Assembly (NCBI GenBank): GCA_013265495.1
Contig: MU057887.1
Location: 2,141,576 to 2,205,575, forward strand
Source: Vicugna vicugna
Lineage: Eukaryota
Direction: 5' to 3'
DNA length: 64,000 nucleotides
Shown one piece after another: positions 11,750 through 24,149 of this stretch; positions within the stretch are counted from its first letter, which is position 1, and each line of letters opens with the position of its first letter. The notes beneath the pieces are model-generated. The model was not told where the DNA came from, did not search any database, and saw nothing but the letters and a program-made list of their open reading frames with translations. The position numbers and the translations under genes are program-made.

Positions 11750-14720
11750 CCTTGGGTGTTATAAAAAACAAACGTAAGAGCTAAGCCGTGAAAGAGGAGA
11801 AGGCGGGCTGAGCTTGAGACCCAAGGAGTGACAGGGTGCTGAGTTCTCTGGGTTTTTTTTTCCTTGTATATCCCAGACTTGGAGCTGAAGACACAGACAG
11901 CCTGGAAGTGTCACCCAAACAGCAAGGAAACAGCCCCAAAGAGCCAGCTCCCTGTTGCCAAAGGTCAAGAGCAGGGGCGGCTTCGCGAGACAGGGAAATT
12001 CAGGCACTGGCCGCCCTCCTCCGGGGAGTAACAGAAGAGCCTGTGGCCCGCCCGCTCCCGCCGGCAAAGACCAACCCCGCCCTCCCCCTGCGGCCTGGGC
12101 CGGCCTCACAGCAGGGGGCCCAGTGAGGACCGAGGACCCTCAGCTCCGCCGGGCAGTGATGCGGTCCCATCTGCCACGTGGCCGCAAAGACCGTGTTGGC
12201 GGGAGAGGGAACCCCGACGCCCCCCGCAGTCACAAAGAGCGCTGCCCACGCTGGGGGCTGCGGGAGGCCGAGCGCCTGCCGCCTCTTGACTGTAATGAAA
12301 GAAGCAGGGGAGGGTGTGCCCCTCCCTTCCCCTCCCGGAGCAGCGAGAGGAACTGAGAGCATGTGGCGCCAGCAGACCTACCCCACTGCCGACACAGGCT
12401 CGACGTAATACGAAAATGTCCAGGATTCGGCAGAAGATCGCTCGCTGGCTCAAGAGTCAGGAAGGTCTCATGTGGAATGAAAAAGACGCGCACTCCATGA
12501 TCGAGGTGTGAGGAGGGTCTGACCAGGACTTCAGAGATGAGTGTGCTCCAGTGAGCAACTACACGCCTGCTGGAACAAGCGAGAAGCAGAGGGCCCGAGC
12601 AAGGACGCCGGAAGCCTCAGTAAAGAAATACAGGTATATAGGAAAAAGTGAGAATTTTAGAACTGAAAGCCACAACTAAAGTAAAAACCACCGTGGATGG
12701 CGTGGGCACAGCCTCTGAACGGAGGAAAGAGCCAGTGACCCGAAGGTGGAACGGGACACAGCCCAGACAGAAAGCCGGCTCGACAGAGCTAAGCCCAGCG
12801 CCTGCGGGGTTACAGGTCTAAAGCCCGTGCCATTTCATCCTCGAAGTAAGAGGACAAAGAGGGAGGCTGAAAGGTACTTGAAGAAATGATGACTGAAAAC
12901 TGCCCCAGCTGTCAAGACACATATATCTCCAGAGCCAGGAGCTGACAGGACCTCAAACAGCATAAACCTAAAAAGCCTGTGTCAACATGCATCATAATTA
13001 ACCTGCTGGATGGTAAAAACAAAGGACAGAATCCAGAGTGGTCTGCGAAAAGCCCCTGACATGGGGCAGAAGCATTTGGACGACGGTGGATTTCTCATCA
13101 CAAACTGTGCAGGCGAGAAGGAAACGACACAATATTCTTCAGGTGCTGAGAGAAGTGGACTGTTAACCCCACATCTGATCCTCGGTGAAGATACCCCTCA
13201 GGAAGAAAGGGAAATCAAGACTTTCTCAGACGAAGGGCGACGAGGAGAATTTGTGGCCAGCGCACCTGCCCTAAAAGAACACCTAAAGGAAGCTCTCTGA
13301 ACAGAAAGGAAACAGCACAGGGGGAAACCCTAAAACACCAGGGAGGAGGGAGAACACGGTGAACAGAAGCGTGGGTAAGTGCAAGTAGTCTTCCTTCTCT
13401 CCGTGGGCCTTATGGATCGCATCTGCTGCTGGAAGCGAATTGATAACTGTGTTGCGTGGCCGTAGAAGAAGCAGAGAAGACATTTAGGGCAATTTTATTT
13501 ATAATTAACTGTGGCGATAAGGGGTTGTAAAGAGAGGGAAGGCTTCTGCACTTTGCTCCAGCTAGTAAAGTGTCGCCCCCGGTACACTGTGATCTCCGCA
13601 TTTATCGTACAGTACATGGAGCGAGCGCTAAAAATGCTATGCAAACGCATGCACTGCAGACAAATCAAAATGGCATTCTGAAAAGAAAAATTTCAAGTAA
13701 CCCACAGAAAATGGGGGAAGGTAAACAAACCAAAAACTCCAGAGAGAAGAAACTGCAGACAAGAATTAAAATGGCACTGCCATGTGAGTAATCGCAGTAA
13801 TATAAGCGATCGAAATGCACTAAAACACAGAGGGTGGGAGGGGGGTAAAAAGCATGACCCAGCCATACGCCACCTACAGGAAACGCGCTTCGAAAACAAT
13901 GACACAGGCAGGTTCCAAGCAAAGGGAAGGAAAAAAACACGCGCCCCTGAACTCTAACCAAAGGAAATAGGAGCAGACAAGTTAGCATCAGATAAAGCAG
14001 ACTTCAAAGCGGAGACAGTTCCCGGGGACCGAGAGGGGCATTACCGTGGCATCAGGGTCAATCCACCAGGAAGATGCGGTAGTCCTGCGTTTTCACACCC
14101 TGAGCAACAGCCCTGCCCCTAGGGGAGGCAAACCCCTGCAGGACGGGGAAAGGAACGGACCGAACACAGCTTACATGGAGACTTCCACACTCCTCTCTTG
14201 ACAGCTGAGGAGAAACTCGGCAGAACATCAGAAGGGTGGGAAAGAACACAGCGGCACCCCGGCCGACAGGGTCTTACAGGATTGTCTGTCCAACAAAAGC
14301 AGGATGCACGTTCCTCCCGAGTGCCCGCGGGAGTGTGCCGGGACACGACACATCCTGGGCCGTGAAACTAACTTCAAGCGGTTTTTCAAGAACCGAAGCC
14401 AGGCAGTGCGCTCTCGGACCGCGGTGGAGTGAGGCTAGAAGTGGGTAACAGAAGGAAAGCAGGAAGAGCTCCAAACTCCTGAATAACCCGTGAGTCAAAG
14501 AGAAAAACCCCCGGGGAATAGAAGACACCTGCACTGAGTGGAGATGGAAATGTGACTCTGCAGGGGGCAGCTAACGCAGGGCCAAGAGGGAAATCCATGA
14601 CCCTGAACGCACGTGTTGGAAAAGAGGGGAAGTCTCAGGTTAGTATCTAGGCTCCCGCTTCAAGAACCTGGAAGCAGAGGAGCGCAGGGAACCCCTGGGA
14701 AGCAGGAAGAGGAAAGAGAA
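11750..14720 (+). mobile_element. Second old L1: 5' region, ORF1 and ORF2 endonuclease, strongly GC-shifted
   Basis: ORF 13010-13300 ends EIKTFSDEGRRGEFVASAPALKEHLKEAL, the L1 ORF1 C-terminus. ~13850-13935 reads KHDPAIRHLQETRFENNDTGRFQAKGRKK, the L1 ORF2 endonuclease N-terminal QET motif. Confidence 0.85.
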
Positions 14721-14739
14721 GAGCAGACATCAAAAAAGT

Positions 14740-16730
14740 CGCACGTCATAAAGATGCCAGTTTTACCCAAATTGATACATAGGTTGAATACAATGCCTAT
14801 CAGACTCAGAAAGACTTTTTTGTAGATGTAGATAAGATCATTACAAAATTTATATGTAAAGACAAAGGCACTTAAAACTGCAAAATGTTTGTACCATTCT
14901 GGAGAAGAATAAAGCGGGAAAAATCAGTTTACCTGGCTTGTTTTTATTTCTAATTGTGGCAGCCAGCACCCAACGTAAAAATGGCCGACCTAACCATTTT
15001 TGCGTGCACAGCTGTGTGTGGCTAAGTACACTCGCGTTGCTGCACAACCAGTCTTCAGAACTCTCTTCATCTTGTGAACCTGAAACTCTGTCCGCATTAA
15101 ACAGCACCTTCCCGTTGTCCCCTCCCCTGGCCGCTGGCGCCCATCCCGCTAGTTTCTGCCTCTACGAATTCGGCGATTCCAGGGAGCTCATGTAAGTGGA
15201 AGTATGCAGTATCTGTCTTTCTGTGACTGGCGTATTTCTCTGAGCATATTGTCTTCAAGACTCATCCGTGTTACGCACGTGTCAGAATTCCCTTCTCTTT
15301 TAAGGCTGAGTAATACCCCACCGTGCGTGTAGACCACATTTTGTTGACCCATTCATTTGCCAATGGACACTTGAGTTGTTTCCACCTTTTACTACCATGA
15401 ATACAGCTGCTATGAGCATGCCGTCCAAGACCTGTTCAAGGCGTTGCTTTCGATTCTCGTGGGTGTACACCCAGAAGCAGAGTCAGTGGACCAGAGGATA
15501 ATTCTCTTTTTAACTTTCTGAGGAACAGCCGTACTGTTTTCCACAGCAGCTACGCCATTTGACATGCCCACTGACAGCCCTAGGAGTTCCAGTTTCTCCA
15601 CCTCCCCACCAACATTTGTTATTTTTTGTGTTTTTGACAGTAGCCCCCCGATGGATGTGAGATGACAACTCATTGTGGGTTTTGCTTACATTTTCCTGGT
15701 GATTAGTGGTGCTGGACATCTTTTCCTGTGCTCATTGCCCATTTGTTTATCTTCTTTGGGGAAACGTATTCAAGTCTTTGACCCATTTTTTGTATTAAGT
15801 GATTTGCTTTGTTGTGCTGTTGAGTTATGGGAGTTCTACATACACTCTGGATACTAACCTTGAATCAGATCTATGATTTGCAAATATTCTCTCCCATTTC
15901 ATGGATTGCCTCTTTACTCTGTTGATTGTGTCCTTTGATGCACTCCACCTGATTTTAAGAATTTTTATGTAGTTATTGCATCCAAGAATGGTATCAGCAG
16001 AGGCTGACTGATGGAAAAGCATTTAATGGAGGAGAGGTAGCCTTTTCAACAGATGGTGCCAGAGTGAGTGACCATCCAGAGGCAAAAACCCAAACCAAAC
16101 CCAGACAGACTCTTGATTTGATTCTCACGTGCAACTTCACTTTGAAAGGGATGCAGGCATAAATGTAAAATATAAATCTATAAAACTTACAGAAAAAATA
16201 CAAGAGAGAAATATTCAGGGTTTAGGGCTAGCCAAAAAAATCTTAGACTCGACACCAAAAGCACAGTCCATGACGGGAAAAAATGGACAGCTTGGACTTT
16301 ATCAAAATAAAACAAACCCTTTTGATGTCTGGAAGTCCATATTAAGAGAATGTAAAAACAAAAGACACAAAGCTGGAGAAAGTATTTGCCAACCACACAT
16401 CTGACAAAAGGCTAATTTCTAGACTATTTAAAGAGCCCTCAAAACCTAACAGCAAAAAAAATCCAATTAGCAAGTGGGGGAAAGATATGCAGAGTTATTT
16501 CGTGAAAAAGGATGTTTAGGTGGGAAACAGGCACAGGAAAATATGTCCAACATCACTCGCCACGAGGGAAGCAGACGCGCAGACACAGTGAGAGACCGTC
16601 ACAGCCCTATCAGAACGGCTGCGATAGCGTCGGGAGCAGCCCCAAGCCAGGGCGGGGATGCAGAGCAATGGGGCCCCTCCTCCGCTGCTGGTGGGGACGG
16701 AAGATGGCGGGGGTTCTCGGACAACACGTG
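14740..16730 (+). mobile_element. L1 ORF2 3' portion, split by an antisense L1 insertion
   Basis: KMPVLPKLIHRLNTMPIR at ~14750 is the L1 ORF2 KMxILPKLIYRFNAIPIK motif. The element resumes at ~15942 with CCTGATTTTAAG and continues through CTTTTCAACAGATGGTGC and GGAGAAAGTATTTGC. Confidence 0.8.
14938..15941 (-). mobile_element. L1MB-like 3' end (~1 kb), antisense insertion
   Basis: Typical antisense L1MB 3' text: AACTCTCTTCATCTTG...AACTCTGTCC, GTATCTGTCTTTCTGTGACTGGCGTATTTC, TTTGCAAATATTCTCTCCCATT, GATTGTGTCCTTTGATGCAC. Confidence 0.85.
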
Positions 16731-17110
16731 GACTCTTACGTCTGGCTTCTTTCACGTAACACATTTTCCAGGTTCGTCATTTTCCAGGTCCACGTGGAGC
16801 CTGCGTCAGAAATGTGTTCTCTTCACAGCTCGACAATATTCCATTCTTGCGTGTCCCACATTTTGTTTATCCATCTGCCTGTGCGTGGACATTTGAGCTT
16901 TTCCCACCTTTTGGCCATTGTGCATAGACGTGCTGTGGACATTCAGGCTCACATTTCTGTTTGGGGTGATGAGAACGTTCTGGAAATAGAAGGGTGGTTG
17001 GACAGCTCTGTGAATGTGCTCGATGTCCCTGAATTTACGCTGTAAAACGGTTACAGTGGCAAATTTTGTGTCGTGTATTTCACCACAATTTTAAAAAATC
17101 CTAAAAAAAG
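16730..17110. mobile_element. Short antisense L1 fragment (~16730-16958) fused to a sense L1MB-like 3' end with A-tail (~16959-17110)
   Basis: CTGGCTTCTTTCAC...GGACATTTGAG (antisense), followed by TTTGGGGTGATGAGAACGTTCTGGAAATAG...CACCACAATTTTAAAAAA (sense 3' end). Confidence 0.7.
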
Positions 17111-17149
17111 AAAAAGAAAAAGAATGGGGATGGGGGGAGGACCCAGAGC

Positions 17150-18030
17150 CGAGCCTGAAGAGTTCCTCCTCGAGGAACTCCAATGATGGGGCTATTTTAG
17201 CATCTTTAAACTGATGGACTTCAGTGGACAGAAAACCCTGAGCATGTTTAAATCCTTGTGTTTGCATTAATGCAAAATGCTAGTCACTGCCGGAGTGTGT
17301 TCGGTGCCTACTCATTATTTTGAAAACTGATAAATAAAGGGCAAGATATAGTAGGTACGTATTTATCCTTGCTTTGCATTTAAGAACTTGACTGCTGGGT
17401 GATAAGGTAATTGAAATGGGAGGTTTCTTTTTATACAAATATCATAGATGTTAAATAAAGAATTAATGTCAGAATTAGAAGGTCATCATTTCTAACCCTT
17501 AATGGATTCATGGACTGAACAATGACTGTCAATGGCTGCTAACGTCAGAAAAAAGGGAAACCCAGCAGACACTGGGCAGCCCTGATGGAAGCCCAGCCCA
17601 GCATGTGAAGTCCTCCTGCCAAAAAATGAAAATGGAATTTGGTATCAAATCTCAAAATCTAGCTTCCAATTCACGGGGGCCTCAGGGCCAGTGAGACGCG
17701 TTTATCATCAGAATTCAGACCGCAGAGAGCACTCCAGGGAGAGCAGCCCAATTTCAATCCCCAAAACTCTACAAAGGGATGGGGACTGGGGAGGGGGGAG
17801 CTTCAAGGGAGAGAAAAATTTCTGGAGACGTATCAACCAGTTTCCAAGTATGGATTTTACTTGAATTCAGATTCAAAGTAACAAAATAAAAACTATAGAT
17901 CGCTGGCAAAATTTAAGCGTATTGTTGGATATTAGATTCTATTGTGGCTATGCCTGAAAAAGACCTTCCTTCAGCGATGCATACTAAAATATTTACAGAT
18001 AAAATCGAACACAGTATTTATTAAATGTTT
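17150..18030 (+). mobile_element. L1MC-type 3' UTR remnant
   Basis: CTCATTATTTTGAAAACTGATAAATAAAGGG, TCAATGGCTGCTAAC and ATACTAAAATATTTACAGATAAAAT resemble recalled L1MC4/5 3' UTRs. Confidence 0.65.
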
Positions 18031-18469
18031 ACTCCAGGAAAGATGAGGAAATGAAAGCGGAAAGAGACAAAGGCGAAGTGCAGACCCCTCCCTTCTCCGG
18101 CAGAGAGGGGCTCTCCGCGCCTCCTGCCTTGTCTGCTGAGGCTGCGCTGCGGAGTCCCGGCCCCTCAGGACGCGTACAGCCTCCCCCCGCCTCTCTGCTG
18201 GGAACCCCGATCTGGCTCCGGAGGGAAGTGAGCTCACGAGCCAAAGGGAAGGGGACCCACAGTCCGTCTCGCCCAGAAAGTGGCTCCGCAGCACGACAGA
18301 GGGACCCGGCGTTCTGACGGCAGCGATGCTGCACTTCCAGGTCGGGCAAATCGGAGGTGGAGATGCAGACTCCAGAGGGAGCAGGACTCCTGCGCAGCGG
18401 GCTGCTGGCAGTGATCAGCCGGTCCTGCAGAGGTTAAGGGACAGGCCCGAGAGTCGGTCTCTGCTCCCC

Positions 18470-18630
18470 TCTGAGCCTGCTGTGTGATGCTGGGCACCTC
18501 ACTTGCCTCTCTGAGCCCCAGTTTCCTTGCCTATATGATGGGGATGATTGGAACTGGGTTGACAGGGCTGTTGGGAACAGGAAATAGGGTCACGCTGATG
18601 AAGATCTCAGTGCAGCGCACAGTGTGTTCA
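18470..18630 (+). mobile_element. MIR SINE
   Basis: MIR core: GCTGTGTGATGCTGGGCACCTCACTTGCCTCTCTGAGCCCCAGTTTCCTT...ATGGGGATGAT. Confidence 0.75.
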
Positions 18631-19229
18631 ACACCTGCTGCGGGCAACGGCCCTTCTCACAGGCAGGCAGGTTCTGTGTCTACAAGCAGCTCATAATTGT
18701 GTCTGTATGAGACTTTGTCTGAAGTCTTTTCGTCCCATCAGACTGTTAGGTTCCCCCAACACACACACATGCATACTGGTGATGCATGTTTTCCTATGTA
18801 TACATCGTTTCTGGGTTTTCAGTAGGAAATTGGAAAAAGGCATATTGGACATTTGAAGCAGGAGCACGTGGAAGTCCAGCTCTGGACAGGAAGCCATGGC
18901 AGAAGAGCCGGGAAGATGAAAAGGGGCTGGGGAGGTGCAAGGTGAGAGGGGGTGCTCCCTGCAGCCCACACCTGCATAGACGTGCCCCCTGGAGACCAGG
19001 TGGGCTGAACACCTGAGGGGAATGCTAGGATTGGAAACTCAGAGGCCATGGGGACCTTGGTGATGGTGAGTCCAGTGGAGCTATGGGGCAGTCTGAAAGA
19101 GTGTGGAGAGGATGGAGGAAGACTCAAGGTGGGCGGGCACAGAGGCAGGGCTTGGAAGAACAGGACTGAGCTGGCTGGCTTGTCTACTGTGGTATGTGTG
19201 TACATGTATGTCTGTCCCTTCATCTTCTC

Positions 19230-19478
19230 TCTCTATCCATCCATTCATCTATCATCTATCCATCCATCCATCCATCTATCCATCCATACATCTATCTATC
19301 TACCTATCTATCATCTCCCCATCTATCTACCCATCTATCCATCCATCCATCCATCTATCCATCCATGCATCTATCTATCTACCTATCATCTCCCCATCTA
19401 TCTACCCATCTATCCATGCATGCATGCATCCATCCATCCATCTACACCCCTACCCATCTATCCATCCATGCATTTGTG

Positions 19479-19523
<45 letters not shown>

Positions 19524-19552
19524 CCCCATCTCTCTATCCACCTGTCTATCTA
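19230..19552. repeat. Compound (TCCA)n/(TCTA)n tetranucleotide microsatellite
   Basis: Directly visible. It contains a duplicated ATCATCTCCCCATCTATCTACCCATCTATCCA block and a near-pure (TCTA)n run at ~19480-19522. Confidence 0.95.
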
Positions 19553-20677
19553 ATATGAGAATGACTGGAGTCTAGGAGAAAGTGAGAGGACTAAAGAGAA
19601 GGCACGCTCCCGCCTCTCTCCAGAGAGCATCAGCTTGGGGCTGCAAGGCTTCAGCCCAGTGGGAAACTCTGGTGAGCGGGTCTTGCCCCATTGCCTTCAG
19701 GGAGAAAGTGTGCGCAGCGGGCAGCTGTGGCAGGGACAGCTGTGGTACCAGAATCAGGGCAGAGTGCTGGAGGAGGCCTGTTGAGACGGTGACACATGGC
19801 TGGAGTGATGAGCACACACATGGACCTGGCACTCAGGTACAGATGGCGTGTGCCACGAAGCCTGTCCCTCATGACCTGTGGATGGCGGAGCAGCTGGAGT
19901 GGAGAAGAGTGAACGGCTCGTGTCCCCGCCTCTGTGCAGACAGAGAGCGGGCTGGGGCCGCAGGGCCGGGGGCATGCCCGGGAGGCGCTGGACTGGAGTG
20001 TCTCCACACGTGGCTGCTTCTCCTTGGCCGCACCACAGCGTAGCTGCTTCCGGGCTGCAGGAGGGACTCGGGGCCAGTTTGTGTAAGCCAGAGGGCACCT
20101 TGCAGGATGCTGAGTAGGGAGGGTCTTGACTTCTCTCAGTTCAGTGCAGCCTTGGCTGTTTCAGAGGAGCAGAAACTCCATCCTAGATTCCAGGACCAGC
20201 TGATGCCAGAAGCCAGGGCTGGAGCCCAGAGCTGGTGGTCACAGCACCAAGCTCCCCTCCCACTCCTGTTCTCTGCCAATGTGCACGACGCGCATCTGTG
20301 TGAAGGGCCACACCACTGGAGACAGATATTTACTGATTTTCCCCATTCCATTCTTCCGATATTATGTTATTTTAAATTCCTTAGCCTCTGATGAGACACA
20401 TCCTCTACAAATGCTTTCATAACCTTGTCTCTGAGGTCTGCAGTCGGAAGCACTGAGGGAGAGAGTCAGTTTTCTGGGGCCAAGAGTTCAAGTCCTCAGC
20501 CTGCAGCTTGTTCAGAGTGGCTCTGGGTTCTTTTAAAAATTGTCTGGCTCCCAGAGTCCTCATCTCTAAAATCTTCTTAGCTAAGGGTTTTTGAATCTTG
20601 CTATGTGCTTAGTGCTCTTCTAAGGATTTTCTATGAATTATTCATGCAGTTTCTATGAGAGGGAGCTGAGCCCAGAT

Positions 20678-20815
20678 GCCATCCTCGCCATCATCACCAT
20701 CATCAACACCATCACCACCATCACCACCATCATTGCCATCATCACCATCATCATTGCCATCAACGCCATTCTTGCCATCCTCGCCATCAACGCCATCCTC
20801 GCCATCATCTCCATC
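20678..20815. repeat. Degenerate (CAT/CAC/GCC) trinucleotide repeat
   Basis: GCCATCCTC/GCCATCATC/ACCATCATC iterations; the source of the Ile/Thr/Ala- and Met-rich ORFs here. Confidence 0.9.
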
Positions 20816-23439
20816 TTTGTCCAGGCTGCACAGCTGGCTTCCACACCACTTGTGCCCCGGAGCCCATGCTCTTAGAATTCAAAGGCTTCCACACCACTGC
20901 TTGAGATGGTACACGCGTCATGCCCAGTACCTACGGATGCTCCATAAATGTTTGTTCGCTCTCTCCCTAAATTGCATCGCAGTTAAGATGAAATCAGCTC
21001 CTTATCCAAAGTTGCTGAGTAAAGCGCCTGATATAAAGGCCTCTGAAAAGAGTTGGTTAGATGTGGACGTGCAGGATGCTCTCTTTGTGATTCTCGGCGA
21101 GAGTGAGAGTCCCTGCCGGTCCCTCTGGCATCCTCCTCCAGGGTGCTCTTGCTTGGCCGGGAGCTGCAGCTTGTGGCGCAGGGGAGCGTAGGGTTACAAG
21201 CTCTGTCCATCATCCTCCCAGTGGGTCTCCTTGGGGACCTCCGTCTCTCCCGTTTTTCCCAGGGAGCCGACCGCACGGAAGAGCGATCCGGCTACAAACT
21301 GCCCAGCAGTGCAGCATCCAGGGCCTGTGCCAGCAGTGCGGCACCCGTCCCTTCCAGGGAGGGCGGGGCAGCCTGGGACAGCCAGCGGGCCCAGGACGGG
21401 GCGGGGTGGGGGCTGCTGGGAGCTTCTCAGGCACAGGCTGTGGGTTCTGGCGATGCGGAGAGGCCAGTGCGCTTGCAGACAGGCTCTGCCCGACAGCGCA
21501 GCCGCAGGGCTGTGGAGGGGGTCCGAGCGAGGCTGCCCCCGGGGTTTTACCCCCGTCAGGCAGGGTGCTTTTGGGGAGCAGGGCAGCCTGCTGGGGTGGG
21601 CGGGCTGTGTGCTGTTCCTCGCCCCGCTGTGCTGACAGGGACAGTGTTGAAGGGAGACGATGCGGCAAGTGGGGCCATGGGAAGAGTGCAGGCTGGATGC
21701 AGGCTGAATCCACTGCAAGTCCTGCTCTTCATTTTCTGCTGGATGCTGTCTCGGGAAAACTGTCACTTAGCCTCAGTGTCCCTTCTGTACACTGGTGAAA
21801 ATAAATTCTGTCTTAGACGTCATTGGAAGCGTGAAATCTGCCAACTGAGTTTCAGCATAGGGCGTGTTTCAGGTCCTTTCTTTTTACCACCAGGCAGATC
21901 TGTCCTCACATGGGCAGCTTCCTCATCGCTGGCTTAGAGCCTCTCAGTGCCCCTGAGACCACAGATGTCCCCCTCCGTGAGCCGTAGAGCAGCCTGCTGG
22001 ACGGCAGGGCACGGCTGTCATCCTGTTCGCTTGATTCATCCACCCGGCACATGTGCACAGAGCCCTAGGGTGCACTGCTGCTGTCCTTGGTGCTGCATCT
22101 TGAGAGCAGAGAAGGCCTGTGCCCCAAGGAGCTTCCTCTCCAGTTGGAGGGAGGAGAGGAGAAAGAAAAATTAACAATAGGTGGATATATGCTCATACGT
22201 GGTGATGCATGTCCTGAACACACACAAGGCAGAGACCTGACAAGATTTTGGCCTCGTCAGTGGGGACGCCCTTTGGAGGAAGTGACTTTCAAATTGAGAC
22301 CACTGGAGAGGAGGGACCACTGGAGCAGGATGAGAGAGCCTTGCTGGTTGCCATGGCAGTGGTGGTGAAGCTCTAAGAAGAAGCAGGGAACGCGGAGTTT
22401 GCCCAGGGAAGAGGAGTGACTAAAACAAGGGTAGAGAAGATGGAAGGGGCTGGACCAAGGAGCACTCAGATCTGACACGACATGCAGTGGGAATGAACTG
22501 CAGGACTTTCGGCAGGAGAGTCACATGCCAGGTGGGGGACAGAGAGCAGAGATGCCAAGGCACAGGACAGGAGGCTGGTCAGGAGTCTGCTGCAGCAGTC
22601 CAAGCAGCAGGGAAGCACCTGGACTGCTGAGGGGGCGTGAAGGCGCGAGAGGGGTCAGTCCAGCTGTGTGGTGGAGCTGATCTTGATGGGATCTGCTAAC
22701 TCTTGGGTACAAGGCTCATGGAAAAGGGGAAGGGCCAAGGACAGTTTCAATAATTCCTGTGTTTGTTTTCCATGGACAGTTGGGTACAGAGCAGGGCCAC
22801 TTCCATCGATGGGGAAGACCAAGTGAAATACAGCCTTGGGGGTGGTTTCTGTATCCTGGGAAAGTGATCTCGAGTGGACCTGAGAGAGAAGAGGGAGCGC
22901 TTGAGAAATACTTTGAAGGTAAAAACAGTGGGACCTGGGGAGGCATTCGATGGGGCCATGCAGGCAAGCAAGGGGTCGAGACTGATTGCCAGGATGTCAG
23001 GGCTCGGAGGCCAGTCCAAGCATCCTGGCTGGTGGATGGTAAAGCACCGGCTCAGAAGCTTGTGCCCAGTGTCCTCACTCAGAGCATCCTCCTCACTGAG
23101 GTTAGACCAACACAATGCTTGTGCCAGTGCTATTTCCTGAGCATCCGTGAGGAGCCAGGTGCCACAGGTAGTTGGAGAAGTCTCGGCCCAAGCTGCCCAT
23201 GGAGAGACCAGCTAAGGAGAGAGGTCCAGAGGAGCTGAGGCTTCGCATCACCACCCCAGGAGGCCACGTGGTGGAGGGGAGACACGGACAGGCTGGAAGA
23301 AGAACTCAAGGCAGGAGCAATTTCCTCAGCCACCCAAGAGGGCAAGAAGCTGGTGGCTGAGGCCCCTTGCAGCTGACCACGATTCTGAGGCAATTTAGCA
23401 CATTAAGGAATGAGATGATGTGATGGAAAGGGTTAGGGA

Positions 23440-23637
23440 GTTTCAGAGTTCAGTGTTCAATCCTACGATTTACAGCTATTTAGTCTTGGGAAAGTTACTT
23501 TAACTTCACTCAGCTTTATTTGGAAATAAAATAAAAGGATCTAATGCTTATGATACAGGTTGCTTTGAAGATTGCACATAATATGTGAAACATGCTAAGC
23601 ATAGAACTGGGCACTTGGTACTGATCAATAAATGGTA
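23440..23637 (+). mobile_element. MIR SINE
   Basis: GTTCAATCC...CTTGGGAAAGTTACTTTAACTTC...AGGTTGCTTTGAAGATT...CATGCTAAGCATAG...CTGGGCAC...TCAATAAATG. Confidence 0.7.
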
Positions 23638-23648
23638 CAGAGAGTAAA

Positions 23649-23849
23649 GATGATGTTATGATGGTGATGGTGCTGATGCTAGTGATGATGATGGTGATGA
23701 TGATGATGATGGTGATGATGCTGATTATGAGGATGACAGTAATGAAGATGATGATGATGTTGATGTTGATGATGATGATGATGATGATGGTAATGGTGGT
23801 GATGGTGGCAATGGTGATGGTGATGATAATGGTGATGATGATGGTGATT
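23649..23849. repeat. (GAT/GGT)n trinucleotide repeat at the MIR tail
   Basis: Directly visible; produces the poly-Met ORF 23658-23927. Confidence 0.95.
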
Positions 23850-24149
23850 AAGGCAACAAAGTCAATGAGAATGAATATCTGTCAGCAGGTGCATCTTATC
23901 CTCACAAAAATTGAACATTGGTTCTGACATTTCAGAAATGCCAGTACTTTTTACTTTATGCTGTAAAGAGGTTTTTGCACTTACCCATGTTAATGTTATT
24001 TTGGGTGTGAATTTTCCACTTGGTGCCAAACATCTCGGTGAAAACTGAAAATGCAGGCAAACATGGAAACACGCTCAGGCATCCAGATGTAGTGCTATTC
24101 TGCCCACAAAGTACAAGGATATGCGATGGTAATTTTTTTTTTCAGTTTC

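Noticed and set aside
13010..13300. L1 ORF1-like 96-aa ORF as a domesticated gene
   Set aside because: A short fragment within an L1 that is frameshifted and interrupted by stops on both sides.
19048..19575. IHPS/IYLS-repeat ORFs
   Set aside because: Translation of the (TCCA/TCTA)n microsatellite.
20836..20898. 15-bp direct repeat GGCTTCCACACCACT, copies 48 bp apart
   Set aside because: It looks like a TSD, but the enclosed 33 bp has no poly(A) or element features. Probably a small local duplication.
21103..21937. Stack of 130-260 aa ORFs in several frames
   Set aside because: Same GC-driven artefact; no domain and no convincing exon structure.
23658..23927. Poly-Met ORF
   Set aside because: Translation of the (GAT)n repeat.
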